A stretch of DNA of 64,000 nt from an uncultured Acidobacteriota bacterium (GCA_963813155.1 CAWEYG010000002.1:480001-544000); one strand, 5' to 3'; numbered from the stretch's first letter, positions 18,844 through 28,864 are shown. Notes: generated by a model not told the origin, from the sequence alone. Program-made: numbers and translations.

Positions 18844-18981
18844 CTCTGGGAGCTCGCAACCGCCCGAGCGAGGGACCGGGAGCGGCGCGGGGCTGATGCG
18901 CTCCGCGCAGGCTGGTCGCAGAGATCCCGAGGGAAAGCGAACTGCGGCCGAGGGTCGAATGAGGACTCGCCGAGCGGGGCG
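18844..18981 (+). repeat. Hairpin repeat copy 2 (intergenic)
   Basis: Identical 38-nt core at 18921-18958; its upstream flank (ctctgggag...ccgagcga...ggagcggcgcggggct) also resembles copy 3. Confidence 0.88.
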
Positions 18982-19023
18982 CTGGGCGATCCCGCTCACG
19001 CGGGACTGAACCGGCGTTCGCGG

Positions 19024-20903
19024 CTACTTCACCAGCGCGGTGAGGACCGGAAGCATGGCCTTCGCGGCCATCGAGGGCGCGTGGGCGGGAGGCGTCATCG
19101 CGACGAGCGGCACCGGGGACGCCGGCTCGAGCGTCGGCAGCGGAACGTTCTTTCCGCGCGCGTACACCTTGTGGCGGCCCTTCGTCTTGTACCACTCCGC
19201 GGTCGTCGCGGATCGGAAGATCTCTTCGACGATCTTTCGCCAGCCCGACTCCCGTGTTGTAGGCGCAGAACGAGATCTCCCCCATCTGCGTCGCGTACGG
19301 GATGATGCACATCTCCGTGCGGCGGAAGTCGTAGTTGAAGAGGTCCTGGAACCACATGCCGCCGATGAAGAGCACGCGCCACGAGTAGCGCTTCTTCTTC
19401 GCGATGCCGAGCTTGCCGCCCGTGTGGCCGTCCATGATCTTGATGAGCGAGAGCGCGCCGAGCCCCTTCGGGAGGTTCTGCGGGCCGGAGATTGCGGAGC
19501 ACGGAGAGCGCGACGTGGATCGCCGTGACCGCCTTCGAGCGCGCGCTGTCGGTGATCGTCTGGAAATCCTTCAGCAGCTGGTCGACGTTGATGAGCGAAG
19601 GCACCGGAACGGCCTTCTTCGTCCCCTCGTCGACGAGCAGCATCGTCCCGATGCCGCAGTTCGGGTGGCAGCCGCACTTCATGGAGCCCCACTCCGACTC
19701 CAGGCCGGAGAGCTGGTCCTTCAGGTCCGAGAACGGACCCGATGCCGACAGCGGGAACCAGTCGCGCATCACTTCGCCGATCCCGGCCTGGTCTTTCACG
19801 TCGTGGGCGAGGTGCGAAAGCGTGTAGCGCTGCTTCTTCAGCGTCTCCGCGTCGATGTCCTCGTCGCGTCCCGTGAACGACACCGGCTGGAACGACAGGG
19901 CGTTGATCTTGTCGATGTTCTCGATCGCGAAGTTCAGGATCGCGCCGACCTGGTCGTTGTTGACCGAATTGATGATCGTCGTCACGAGCGTGACGTCGAC
20001 GCCGAATTTCTTGAGGTTCTCGATCGCCGCCAGCTTCACGTCGAACAGGTTGCCGACCTGGCGGTGCTCGTTGTGATCGTTGCCGACGCCGTCGAACTGC
20101 AGGTACGCGAAGCGCAGGCCGGCTTCGGAGGCCTCGCGCGCGAATTCTTCGTCCTGCGCGAAGCGGATTCCGTTCGTCGCGCACTGGACCGAGAAGTACC
20201 CGATCTGGCGCGCGTACTTGATCGCCGGAAGGAAGTGCGGCGACAGCGTCGGCTCGCCCCCGGAGAACTGCACGGAAAGCTGGCGCTTCGGCTTGATCGC
20301 GGCCGCGTTGTCGAGCAGCTCCTTGACGTCTTCCCATTCGAGCTCGTGGACGAAGCCGACCTGGTTCGCGTCCATGAAGCACGGGTTGCACATCATGTTG
20401 CAGCGGTTCGTGAGGTCGATCGTGAGAACGGCGCCGCGCCCGTACTTGATCGACGAGGAGCCGTGCTCGTGGAGGCCGTCTTTCGGAATACGGTAGTCGC
20501 GTCCGGGGTAGAGCGATTCCAGCCTCGCGAAGAACGCCGGGTCCGTCGACATCACGTCCTCGAAATGGCCGTGCGTCGGGCAGTCCTTCTCCATGACGAT
20601 CGAGCCGTCCTTCTCGACGATGCTCGCCTTGATCTCGCCCGCCTTGCTGTTCACGAGGACCGACCAGTCCGCTTCGCCCGAGAGGATCTGTTCCCGGACC
20701 TCCTTGACGCAACCGGGGCAGAGCGAATCGGTCTCGCGCGGGAATCCGAGCGTCGGCTTGCTCCGTTCGCGCGACTTGATGAGGGGAGCCGGGGCCCACT
20801 TCGGCTGGAACGAGCCTTCGGCGTATCGGCGATCGATCGCACGGCCGACGGTCCACATGCCTTCCGCGGCGGCTCGGACGGCCGAATAAAAAAGCTTTCT
20901 CAT
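19024..20903 (-). CDS. Radical SAM protein of the tetraether lipid synthase (Tes/GDGT-MAS, MJ0619) family; frameshifts at ~19460 and ~19245
   Basis: TDSLCPGC...KDCPTHG, IDLTNRCNMMCNPCF, QFSGGEPTL, YLQFDG, SFQPVSFTGR, CGCHPNCG, GMWFQDLFNYDFRRTEMCIIPY...ISFCAYN. Confidence 0.8.
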
Positions 20904-20954
20904 TTCGCGATTACCCCTCGAAGACTCTTTTTTGCCTCAACTTGGCGCATCTTA

Positions 20955-22085
20955 TCAAGACTCTTTTGGGAGTGCAAAGTCGAACCTCCCGGGCCGAAAC
21001 GGCTCGATCGAAACCGGCGACTCGCGCCCGCGAACGAGCGCCGAAAGGATACGGGCAGTCACCGGTGCAAGCAGGATGCCGTTGCGAAAGTGGCCCTCCG
21101 CCACGAAGAGCCCGCCGACGGAAGTCCGGCCCAGAACGGGCAGGCCGTCCGGGGTCGCGGGGCGAAGGCCCGCCCAGACGCCGGAAATCTCCGCGGAAGA
21201 GAGACCCGGCAGAAGCCGGAGGCCCCGATCGAGCAGCAGCGCCACGCCCCGCGCCGTGACGCGCTTCTCGAAGCCCGCCTCTTCCTGCGTCGAGCCGAGC
21301 AGCAACCCGCCCGCCCGCGGGACCGCGTAGAAGTCGTTCCAGGAAACGGGAAACGGAAACGCCGGGTCCGGCGGGACGAGCTCGACGATCTGCCCGCGGA
21401 CCGGGCGCACCGGAGCGGGGCCGGCCAGCCCGGGTACGAGGGCCGCCCAGGAGCCCGCCGCGTTGATGACGGCCGGCGCGCCGATCGTTCCCGCCGCCGT
21501 TACGACGCCGGTGCACCGGTTGCCGGAGATCGCGGCGGACACGACGCTCTCGCCGAGCCGGAAGCGGGCGCCGCGCAACTGCGCGGATTTGTAGAGGGCG
21601 CGGACGAGGAGGCGGCAGTCGACGGAGCCTTCGTCGGGAAATTCGACTCCCGCGCGAAACGCGGGACCGAGAGATCCGTTCGTCATTTTCGAGAGCTGTG
21701 CGGTGTCGAGTTTTTGGACCCGCCACCCCTCGGCGTTCTGCCAGGCGTAGAGGTCGGAGATTTCCTTCTCTTCGATCTCGCCGGCGGCGACCCGGATCGC
21801 GCCGCCGAGGCGCAGGCCGACGTCGATCGAGGTCTCCTCGGCCAGCTCGCGCGCGAGGTCGGGATACAGCGCGAGGCTCGAACGCGCGAGCTCGACGAAC
21901 GGGCCCGGGGCCGATGCGTGCGACTGCGGCGTCAGGAGCCCCGCCGCCGCTCCCGAGGCCTCCGCCCCGGGCCGGCCGCGCTCGACGACGACGACCGAGG
22001 CGCCAGAGGCGGCGACCTCGCGCGCGATGGCGCACCCGATCACGCCCGCGCCGACGATGACGACGTCCGCGTTGTCCGCTCTCAC
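20955..22085 (-). CDS. thiO: Glycine oxidase (FAD-dependent, DAO family)
   Basis: IVGAGVIG, EASGAAAGLL, PVRGQ, WAGLRPATPDGLPVLG, GHFRNGILLAP; GTG start at 22085 assumed. Confidence 0.85.
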   Translation of the reverse strand: MRADNADVVIVGAGVIGCAIAREVAASGASVVVVERGRPGAEASGAAAGLLTPQSHASAPGPFVELARSSLALYPDLARELAEETSIDVGLRLGGAIRVAAGEIEEKEISDLYAWQNAEGWRVQKLDTAQLSKMTNGSLGPAFRAGVEFPDEGSVDCRLLVRALYKSAQLRGARFRLGESVVSAAISGNRCTGVVTAAGTIGAPAVINAAGSWAALVPGLAGPAPVRPVRGQIVELVPPDPAFPFPVSWNDFYAVPRAGGLLLGSTQEEAGFEKRVTARGVALLLDRGLRLLPGLSSAEISGVWAGLRPATPDGLPVLGRTSVGGLFVAEGHFRNGILLAPVTARILSALVRGRESPVSIEPFRPGRFDFALPKES

Positions 22086-22135
22086 GAAGGCCGATCGTAC
22101 CGCGTGATATTCTGCGAATTCCAAAGGAGGTGCCC

Positions 22136-22807
22136 GTGAACCTCAAGATCCTTGCCGTCTCCTCGTTCGCCCTCGCCTGCGTCCTCGCGGCCGAAGCGGC
22201 GCCGAAGGGAAAGAAAGTGAGCAAGACGATGGACCCCGCGCACACGCAGGCGACGCTGCAGACCGACCTCGGCGACATCACGATCCGCTTCTTTCCGGAC
22301 AAGGCCCCCCACCACGTGCAGAACTTCCTGGAGCTCGCGTCCCAGGGCGTCTACAACGGCGTCCTGTTTCACCGCGTGATTCCCGGATTCATGATCCAGA
22401 CGGGCGACCCCCTGACGAAGGACCCGAAGACCGACCGAAACCTGATGGGCACGGGGAGCTACACCGCCCCGCCCGGCGCGAAGAAGGAGGACGGGTTCGT
22501 CTACAACTCGCTGATGGCGGGAGAGCACAAGGGAACCGTCCGCAACGTGAAGGCGGAATTCAACGACGTCTCGCACAAGCGCGGCATCGTCTCGATGGCC
22601 CGCGCGACCGATCCGAACTCGGCTTCGTCGCAGTTTTTCATCGTCGTGAAGGATTCCACCTTCCTCGACAAGCAGTACACGGCGTTCGGCGAGGTGACGG
22701 CCGGCATGGACGTCGCCGACAAGATCGTCTCCGTCCCCCGCGACCCGCGGGACAACCCGAACTCTCCCGTGCGGATCAAGAAGGTCGTCCTCTCGCACAC
22801 CTCCTGA
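22136..22807 (+). CDS. Exported cyclophilin-type peptidyl-prolyl isomerase
   Basis: AAGGAGG RBS; FHRVIPGFMIQTGDP, SMARATDPNSASSQFFI, YTAFGEV. Confidence 0.93.
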   Translation: MNLKILAVSSFALACVLAAEAAPKGKKVSKTMDPAHTQATLQTDLGDITIRFFPDKAPHHVQNFLELASQGVYNGVLFHRVIPGFMIQTGDPLTKDPKTDRNLMGTGSYTAPPGAKKEDGFVYNSLMAGEHKGTVRNVKAEFNDVSHKRGIVSMARATDPNSASSQFFIVVKDSTFLDKQYTAFGEVTAGMDVADKIVSVPRDPRDNPNSPVRIKKVVLSHTS

Positions 22808-22815
22808 GCGCCGGA

Positions 22816-23802
22816 ATGGATTCCCCCGAGGCGGCCCGGCTCCGAACACTCGCTTCGGAGGCGGGCCTTTCCGTCTCGCGGATGGAATCCCTCGCGGGCG
22901 ACGTCGGATCGCGCCGATACTCCCGGATCTTCTCCGAAAACGGCGCGACCGCGATCGGCGTCGTCTACCCGGAGGACACTCGCGAATCGCTGGCCCGCTG
23001 GAACCGCGTTGCCCGGGCGTTGTCGGGCCGGGTCCGCGTCCCCCGGGTCCTCGCGGAACGGGAGGACGGAATCCAGATCCTCGAGGACTTCGGCGTCTGG
23101 CCCCTCTCGAGGATCTGGAACGAGACCCCGCAGAAACGAGGCGACTGGCTGAGGCTCGCCGCGGAATGCGCCGCTGCCGTCGCGACGACCGACGACCCCC
23201 TCGCGAACCCGCCTTTCACGGCGGAGTTCTTTCGGGGGGAAATGGAAAAGTCGCGGCTCGCGTTCTTCACCGAGCTCGCGGGAGATCCGCTTTCCCCGGA
23301 CGAGGAAGCGGTGCACGAGGAGTTCGCGACTTCACTCGCGGAGGAGATCGCCGGGCATCCGCGCGCGTTCGTTCATCGGGACTTCCACCTCGACAACCTC
23401 TTCGACGCGGGGGGCCAGGTCGGCGTGCTCGACTTCCAGGACGCCCGGCTCGGCCCCGATTCCTACGACGTGGCCTCGCTCGCCTTCGAGCGGGCGACTC
23501 TCGTCGATCCCGACCCGGGAGTGTCCGAGACCGTCTGCCGCCGGTTCGAGGAGAGTTGCCCGCGCCCGGCGGGGTTCCTCGAGCGACTCCGTCGCGTCTC
23601 GCTCCAGAGAAGCTGGAAGGCGGCCGGAACCTTCGCCCGCGTCTGCGCGGCCGGGCGCGGCGCGGCTTATCGCCCGTTTCTGGCCTCGCAGACCGCGCGG
23701 GTCCTGCGGCTGCTCGGCCCGGGCGCGGCCGAGCAGGAATTTTCCAAGCTTCTTCGGAAGCGCTCTGTTAAGCTCTTCGGACAGGAGGACGTCGCATGTT
23801 AG
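22816..23802 (+). CDS. Aminoglycoside-phosphotransferase-fold kinase (AmgK-like)
   Basis: [55 protein letters not shown]. Confidence 0.82.
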   Translation: MDSPEAARLRTLASEAGLSVSRMESLAGDVGSRRYSRIFSENGATAIGVVYPEDTRESLARWNRVARALSGRVRVPRVLAEREDGIQILEDFGVWPLSRIWNETPQKRGDWLRLAAECAAAVATTDDPLANPPFTAEFFRGEMEKSRLAFFTELAGDPLSPDEEAVHEEFATSLAEEIAGHPRAFVHRDFHLDNLFDAGGQVGVLDFQDARLGPDSYDVASLAFERATLVDPDPGVSETVCRRFEESCPRPAGFLERLRRVSLQRSWKAAGTFARVCAAGRGAAYRPFLASQTARVLRLLGPGAAEQEFSKLLRKRSVKLFGQEDVAC

Positions 23803-23990
23803 GCAGCCTTGGTCTCCCGGAATTGCTCGTGATCTTCCTGATCGTCCTGGTGATCTTCGGCGCCGGCAAGCTTCCCCAGCTCGGGAAGGGCATCGGCGAG
23901 GGAATCAAGAATTTCCGGAACTCCGTCAAGGCCGGCACGGAAGGCGACGATCCCGCCGCGAAACCGACAAAAGAAAACGAGACGAAGTAG
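23796..23990 (+). CDS. tatA: Twin-arginine translocase subunit
   Basis: [36 protein letters not shown]. Confidence 0.95.
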   Translation: MLGSLGLPELLVIFLIVLVIFGAGKLPQLGKGIGEGIKNFRNSVKAGTEGDDPAAKPTKENETK

Positions 23991-24019
23991 CCGCTCGCCG
24001 CCGTCGCGGCCAGCCCCAA

Positions 24020-24163
24020 GTGCCCGCTCGGCAAGTCTCTTCGACCCTCGGCCGCAGTTCGCTTTCCCTCGGGATCTCAGAGACCAGCCTGCGCGGGCGC
24101 TTTAGCCCCGGGCCGCTCCGTCGGCTTCGCTCGGCTCGGGTGGGCGCAGGTGCCTCCCGAGAG
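24020..24163 (-). repeat. Hairpin repeat copy 3 (intergenic, inverted)
   Basis: Reverse complement of the 38-nt core at 24041-24078. Confidence 0.88.
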
Positions 24164-24368
24164 GAGCGTATGTTTTTTCGCCGGAACGCTCTCGAAATCC
24201 GGAACAACGAAGTCGCGAAAAAATTTGCCCGAGGAGCGCGCACGGACAGGATGCCACCGCCGGGCGCGCTGCGTCTCCTCGAGGGAGGCACCGAGGCCCG
24301 CCCGAGCCGAGCCTTGGTGAGGCTGCTCGCGAGATGCGTCGCAGCGAGGCCATCGCCTCGTCGGCTGT

Positions 24369-24611
24369 TTAGTGGGGTCGTTCCGCTCGCGCGCGATCCT
24401 TCGGCAAGCGGATCTTCAGGAGAGAAACCTTGTGGCGAAGCGTGTTGCGGTGGATTCCGAGCGACCGGGCCGCGCGGATGAGGTTGCCCGACGACAGTTT
24501 GACGGCTCCGGAGATGTACTTCTTTTCGAATTCTTTCCGAGCGAGGTCGAGGCTGATTCCGTGCGTCAATAACTCGTCGATGACCTGCTGAAGCTTCGAA
24601 TCGAGATCCAC
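24369..24611 (-). CDS. Small Fis-family helix-turn-helix protein
   Basis: EFEKKYI...SSGNLIRAARSLGIHRNTLRHK; GTG 24611 after GGAGG. Confidence 0.82.
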   Translation of the reverse strand: MDLDSKLQQVIDELLTHGISLDLARKEFEKKYISGAVKLSSGNLIRAARSLGIHRNTLRHKVSLLKIRLPKDRARAERPH

Positions 24612-24748
24612 GCCCCCGCCTCCCTGACTCGCGACCTTGCGGCGCCACTCTCTCGCGCTCGAAGCCACCGAACGGAAAAAAAAGAATTATCCAGGAGCCC
24701 GATCTGAACGCGAGGGGGAGATCCTACCACAACCTTTGCGGATCTTCC

Positions 24749-25627
24749 TCACTTGATCTCGACTAAGTCTCCCAGCTGCATCGTGTGCGATCCGAAAATG
24801 ATTTGAACGGTCGCGGTATGATCGCCGACCGTCATCACCGCCGCCTCGCCGAGAACCGTCCGCGGCGGCTCGAGGTTCGCGCGATACGGGCGCAGCTCGC
24901 CGTTGGCCGCGATATCGAACTCGCGCGGAACGGCGAAGCGAAAGACCGTCAGAAAATCTCCGGGGTTCAATCCCGCGTCCGTCCCCATGTTGATGATGAC
25001 GTCGGCTCCGGTGAAGAGCCCCTCGACGCTGTCGCGGGAATAGATGATGGAGCCCACCCGCTTTCCGCTGGGGTCGTCGCAATTGTTGAGCAGCTTCGTG
25101 CGGCGCGCCAGGGGCACCGGAATCGGATCGAACGGTTTCACGAACGAGCCGATCGGGATGTCCGTGCACGCGAACACGATCTCGAGGATCGCGGTCTTGT
25201 CTTTGACGCAAAGGGCTTTCGCCCGACCGAGGTACTGGTAGAACCGCCCGAGGGACTGCCCGTTCGTGTCGTACACGGCGTCCATCGGGCTGACCAGCCA
25301 GTACTCGTCGCCGGCGCGGAGGGTTCCGTCGTTCTCGGAGTAGACGACGTCCTGGAACATGAAACTGCTCTGTTCGTAAACGGCGTCGCCGCTGATGATC
25401 ATGCCGTTGAACCGTTCGACAGGCTCTCCCACGTAGCCGAAGCAGTTGACGTCGTTCTCCGAGCCCATCGGCTGCGGCGCGTCGATGACGACCGGCCCCA
25501 CCGCCTCGGGAATCGCGGGCGGGTTCTGTTCCAGGGGATTCGGGGGAGCGGTCTGCGCCGAGAGCGCGGCCGCCGAGACCAGGATCAGAGAAAAGGCCGC
25601 CGTTTTCAGGAAATGTTGCCGACGCAT
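24749..25627 (-). CDS. Secreted beta-rich hypothetical protein
   Basis: Signal peptide; MGSENDVNCFGY, DVIINMGTDAGLNPGDFLTVFR, LGDLVEIK. Confidence 0.7.
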   Translation of the reverse strand: MRRQHFLKTAAFSLILVSAAALSAQTAPPNPLEQNPPAIPEAVGPVVIDAPQPMGSENDVNCFGYVGEPVERFNGMIISGDAVYEQSSFMFQDVVYSENDGTLRAGDEYWLVSPMDAVYDTNGQSLGRFYQYLGRAKALCVKDKTAILEIVFACTDIPIGSFVKPFDPIPVPLARRTKLLNNCDDPSGKRVGSIIYSRDSVEGLFTGADVIINMGTDAGLNPGDFLTVFRFAVPREFDIAANGELRPYRANLEPPRTVLGEAAVMTVGDHTATVQIIFGSHTMQLGDLVEIK

Positions 25628-25664
25628 TTTTTCTCTCCTCAGGAAGTGACTCTGGGGAAAGAGT

Positions 25665-26447
25665 TTAACCGTTTTTCGCCTGCTTGTCAACGGGCACGAG
25701 CCGTTCTTTCGTCATTCGCACGGCCCACGGGCTCGTCGGATAGCCGTCCCGGAGCTTTCCGAAATAGGTCGCGGCCTCCGGACCGCGGCCGAGCTTTCGA
25801 AGGGCGAGGCCCGTGTGAAAGTAGAGCTTGTCCCGGTGGGAGTAGCCCGGGTAGTTCGCCTCGGTGTACTGAAAGCGCCCGAACGCCGCCGAGGGATCGC
25901 CCTTCCGAAGGTAGAAGAGTCCGACGTCGAACTCGTGCTCCGCGAGAAGGTCGGTCAGCGCATCGGTTCGGCCGCGGGCCTCGGCGGCATAGGGAGAATC
26001 CGGCGCCTCCTTCAGCAGGTTGCGATACTGGGCGAGCGCCTCGCGCGTGTTCGTCGGATCGCGGTCGATCAGTTCGTGCTCCTTGTCGTAGCAGAGCGCG
26101 TAGCGGTAGAGAACGAACGGCCGATTGTCGGCCGACGGGTAGCGGCTCAGGAAGTCGCGGTACCGGTATCGCGCTTCGACGTACTGCCCGCGGCCCCTTC
26201 GGAAATACGAATCGGCGACGAGCAGGAGCGCCTTCTGCCCGACCGCGTCGTTGGGATAGCTCTCGAAGACGAAGTTCAGGTACTTTCGCGCGTCGTCGAA
26301 CTTGCCTTTTTCGAGAAGCGCCTTTCCTTTGTCGAAGAGCGTTTCCTTCGGAAGCGAGAGGAGATCTTTCGTGATGCGGTCCGGCTTCTTCGTGGCCGAA
26401 CAGGCCAGGGAGATGGCGACGAACAAGAGCAGGCCGAGTTTTTTCAT
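25665..26447 (-). CDS. bamD: Outer membrane protein assembly lipoprotein BamD
   Basis: Lipobox SLAC, TPR helices, DRDPTNTREA, LAEHEFDVGLFY. Confidence 0.88.
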   Translation of the reverse strand: MKKLGLLLFVAISLACSATKKPDRITKDLLSLPKETLFDKGKALLEKGKFDDARKYLNFVFESYPNDAVGQKALLLVADSYFRRGRGQYVEARYRYRDFLSRYPSADNRPFVLYRYALCYDKEHELIDRDPTNTREALAQYRNLLKEAPDSPYAAEARGRTDALTDLLAEHEFDVGLFYLRKGDPSAAFGRFQYTEANYPGYSHRDKLYFHTGLALRKLGRGPEAATYFGKLRDGYPTSPWAVRMTKERLVPVDKQAKNG

Positions 26448-27106
26448 ACGGTCACGGTCTCCGCCCGCGCGCGCAAGGTCCGGATGGCCGACGCGGGATC
26501 CGGCTGTCCGTAGACGGAAGTCCCGGCGACGAGGATGTCGGCTCCCGCTTCCCGGCAGCGCCCGATGTTTTCGAGAGCGACTCCGCCGTCGAGCTCGATC
26601 GGAAGGCGATGTCGGCCGAGAAGGGTCCTCACGGCACGGATTTTGTCATAACTCGACTCGATGAACTTCTGGCCTCCCGCGCCCGGGTTGACGGACATGA
26701 CCAGGACGTGGTCCATCTGCCCCGCGACGGCGTCCAGCCACGCGGCCGGTGTTCCGGGGTTCAACGCCGCTCCGGCCGAGGCGCCGCCGGCCCGGATTCG
26801 GTCCAGGCAGCGGTGAAGGTGGGCGGTGGCTTCCACGTGCACCGACACGAACTGAACGCCGCAGAGATAGCGGTCGAGCGTTTCTTCCGGCCTTTCGATC
26901 ATGAGGTGGATGTCGAGCGGCAGGTCCGTCGCCCGGCGCAGGGCCTCGACCATCGGCGGCCCGAACGTGAGGGTGGGAACGAACCGCCCGTCCATCACGT
27001 CGACGTGGACGAGGTCCGCTCCTCCCTCGCGCGCGGCCGCGAGCGCGTCGGCGAGCCGCGCGAAGTCCGCCGCGAGCAGCGAAGGGGCGATGCGGACGGG
27101 GTTCAC
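26444..27106 (-). CDS. rpe: Ribulose-phosphate 3-epimerase
   Basis: IAPSLLAADF, HVDVMDGRFVP, DIHLMI, MSVNPG, LDGGV. Confidence 0.95.
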   Translation of the reverse strand: MNPVRIAPSLLAADFARLADALAAAREGGADLVHVDVMDGRFVPTLTFGPPMVEALRRATDLPLDIHLMIERPEETLDRYLCGVQFVSVHVEATAHLHRCLDRIRAGGASAGAALNPGTPAAWLDAVAGQMDHVLVMSVNPGAGGQKFIESSYDKIRAVRTLLGRHRLPIELDGGVALENIGRCREAGADILVAGTSVYGQPDPASAIRTLRARAETVTV

Positions 27107-27834
27107 ATGGCCTCCGTTCCGGCGGCGGTGAACGTGATGGGATCCTGCGGCGAGCACGGATATCCGGCGGGCGGGTATTGCTTCAGAATCGTGTTCGCGG
27201 GCAGGCCGTCGTACACCTCGTACCGCGTCGCGCCGACCTTGAACCCGAATCGCGTCAGGCGCTCCTTCTCGTGCTCGGCGTCGCGGCCGATGAGATCGGG
27301 CATGACGAAGAGCCGTTCGACGACGCTGCGGTTGACGAGCACCGAAACGGGCGCGGCCTCCGACGCCGCGGTCTCCGCCGGCGGATACTGGGCCGAGATC
27401 CCGGGCGGCTGGGGCTCGCGGTCGATCGACACGAGGCCGAGCCGCAGGGACACGCGCGTGAGCGAGAGCGCGGCCGCGCGGGACGAAAGCCCGACCAGGT
27501 CGGGCACGAGAATCGATCGAGGTCCGAGGGAAAGCGCGACGCGAACCGTCTGTCCGGGCTTGACGAACGACCCCACGCCGGGACGCTGGAGCAGAATCGC
27601 GTGCGCGGGCACGCGGTCGTCGAAACGCTCCCGTCCTTTCTCGACCAGGAGCGAAAGGCCCGAGTCCCGCACGACTTTTTGGGCCTCTTCGACGCCCTTT
27701 CCGGTGAGGTTCGGGACGAGGATCGAGCGTCCGAGCACCGACCGCTGGAAGGACGCCCACCCGGACAGCGCGAACACGACGGCCAGGACGGCCCCGAAGA
27801 GAACTCGAAACACGACGCGCCGCACGCGCTTCAA
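27103..27834 (-). CDS. PASTA-domain membrane protein
   Basis: One TM segment then three repeats starting VPNLTG / VPDLVG / MPDLIG; TTG start assumed. Confidence 0.85.
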   Translation of the reverse strand: MKRVRRVVFRVLFGAVLAVVFALSGWASFQRSVLGRSILVPNLTGKGVEEAQKVVRDSGLSLLVEKGRERFDDRVPAHAILLQRPGVGSFVKPGQTVRVALSLGPRSILVPDLVGLSSRAAALSLTRVSLRLGLVSIDREPQPPGISAQYPPAETAASEAAPVSVLVNRSVVERLFVMPDLIGRDAEHEKERLTRFGFKVGATRYEVYDGLPANTILKQYPPAGYPCSPQDPITFTAAGTEAM

Positions 27835-27883
27835 GTTAACACGACTTGACACGAAATCGGGTACGGGCCAAACTGCCGATCCC

Positions 27884-28864
27884 ATGGAATCCCGCGCTCC
27901 GGAGGCGACCGCCGACTGGATGTCGGATCCTCGATTCAAGAAAGTCGATCTGCACTGTCATTCGATCTATTCGACTTTCAAATACTTTCGCATCGCGAAC
28001 ACGCGGGACTGCTACACCCAGCCCGAGGACGTTTACCGCACCGCGAAAGAGCGCGGCATGGACTACGTCACGTTCACCGATCACGACTCCATCGACGGCT
28101 GCAAGGCGTATCTGAACGATCACCCCGACTCCACCGACTTTTTCATGTCCGAGGAAGCCGAGACCTGGTTTCCGGACACCCGGCAGCGGATCCACGTCAA
28201 CATCTTCAACCTGACGGAGGCCCAGCACCGGGAAGTCTCGCGCCTGCGCGAAAACATCTACGACCTCGTGGCGTACCTCAAGAACGAAGAGCTCATTTTC
28301 TCGGCCAACCACATGTTCCAGAACTACCGGATGCGCAACTCGCCCCGGCGGTATTTCGAAGAGATGCTCTCGATGTTCGACATCTTCGAAGTCAAGAACG
28401 GCGCGATGACGACGCACCACAACCGCCTCGTCGACGACCTGATGAGCCTCGTGCGCGCCAAGGACGGCCGCGTCTCGCTGATTGCCGGCTCCGACGCGCA
28501 CACGCTCACTCCGCTCGCGCGCGTCTTCACGGTCGCGGAGTGCGATTCGCTTCCGGCGTTTCTCGACTCCGTCCGATCGGGGCAGTGCTACGTCTGGGGA
28601 GACGAAATCGGGTTTTCGAAGCTCATCACCGAGGTCTACTCCCAGGTCCTGCGGTACTACGGCAGCGTCTTCAACTTCTCGAACCCGGAATTCACGGCCG
28701 GCGCGAAGGCGAGGCATTTCGCCCTTGCGGCGATGGGCGCGCCGTTCTCCGCGGTCGGAGTTCCTTTCGCGATCACCTCGCTGAACTACCTCAAACAGAT
28801 CTTCGTCTCGCGGCGGATCGGAGAGGAGATCCGCCGGGACCTCGACAAATCGGAACCTTCCTGA
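27884..28864 (+). CDS. PHP-domain metallo-phosphoesterase
   Basis: VDLHCHS, GMDYVTFTDHDSIDG, ANH, FEVKNG, AGSDAH. Confidence 0.85.
   Translation: MESRAPEATADWMSDPRFKKVDLHCHSIYSTFKYFRIANTRDCYTQPEDVYRTAKERGMDYVTFTDHDSIDGCKAYLNDHPDSTDFFMSEEAETWFPDTRQRIHVNIFNLTEAQHREVSRLRENIYDLVAYLKNEELIFSANHMFQNYRMRNSPRRYFEEMLSMFDIFEVKNGAMTTHHNRLVDDLMSLVRAKDGRVSLIAGSDAHTLTPLARVFTVAECDSLPAFLDSVRSGQCYVWGDEIGFSKLITEVYSQVLRYYGSVFNFSNPEFTAGAKARHFALAAMGAPFSAVGVPFAITSLNYLKQIFVSRRIGEEIRRDLDKSEPS

Noticed and set aside
18890-18981. The repeat as a hammerhead/HDV ribozyme, group II intron domain V or known riboswitch
   Set aside because: The required conserved cores are not present in all copies by eye; an Rfam scan is still advisable.
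11555-24078. The 38-nt repeat as a CRISPR repeat
   Set aside because: The copies are kilobases apart and in both orientations, with no spacers and no cas genes.
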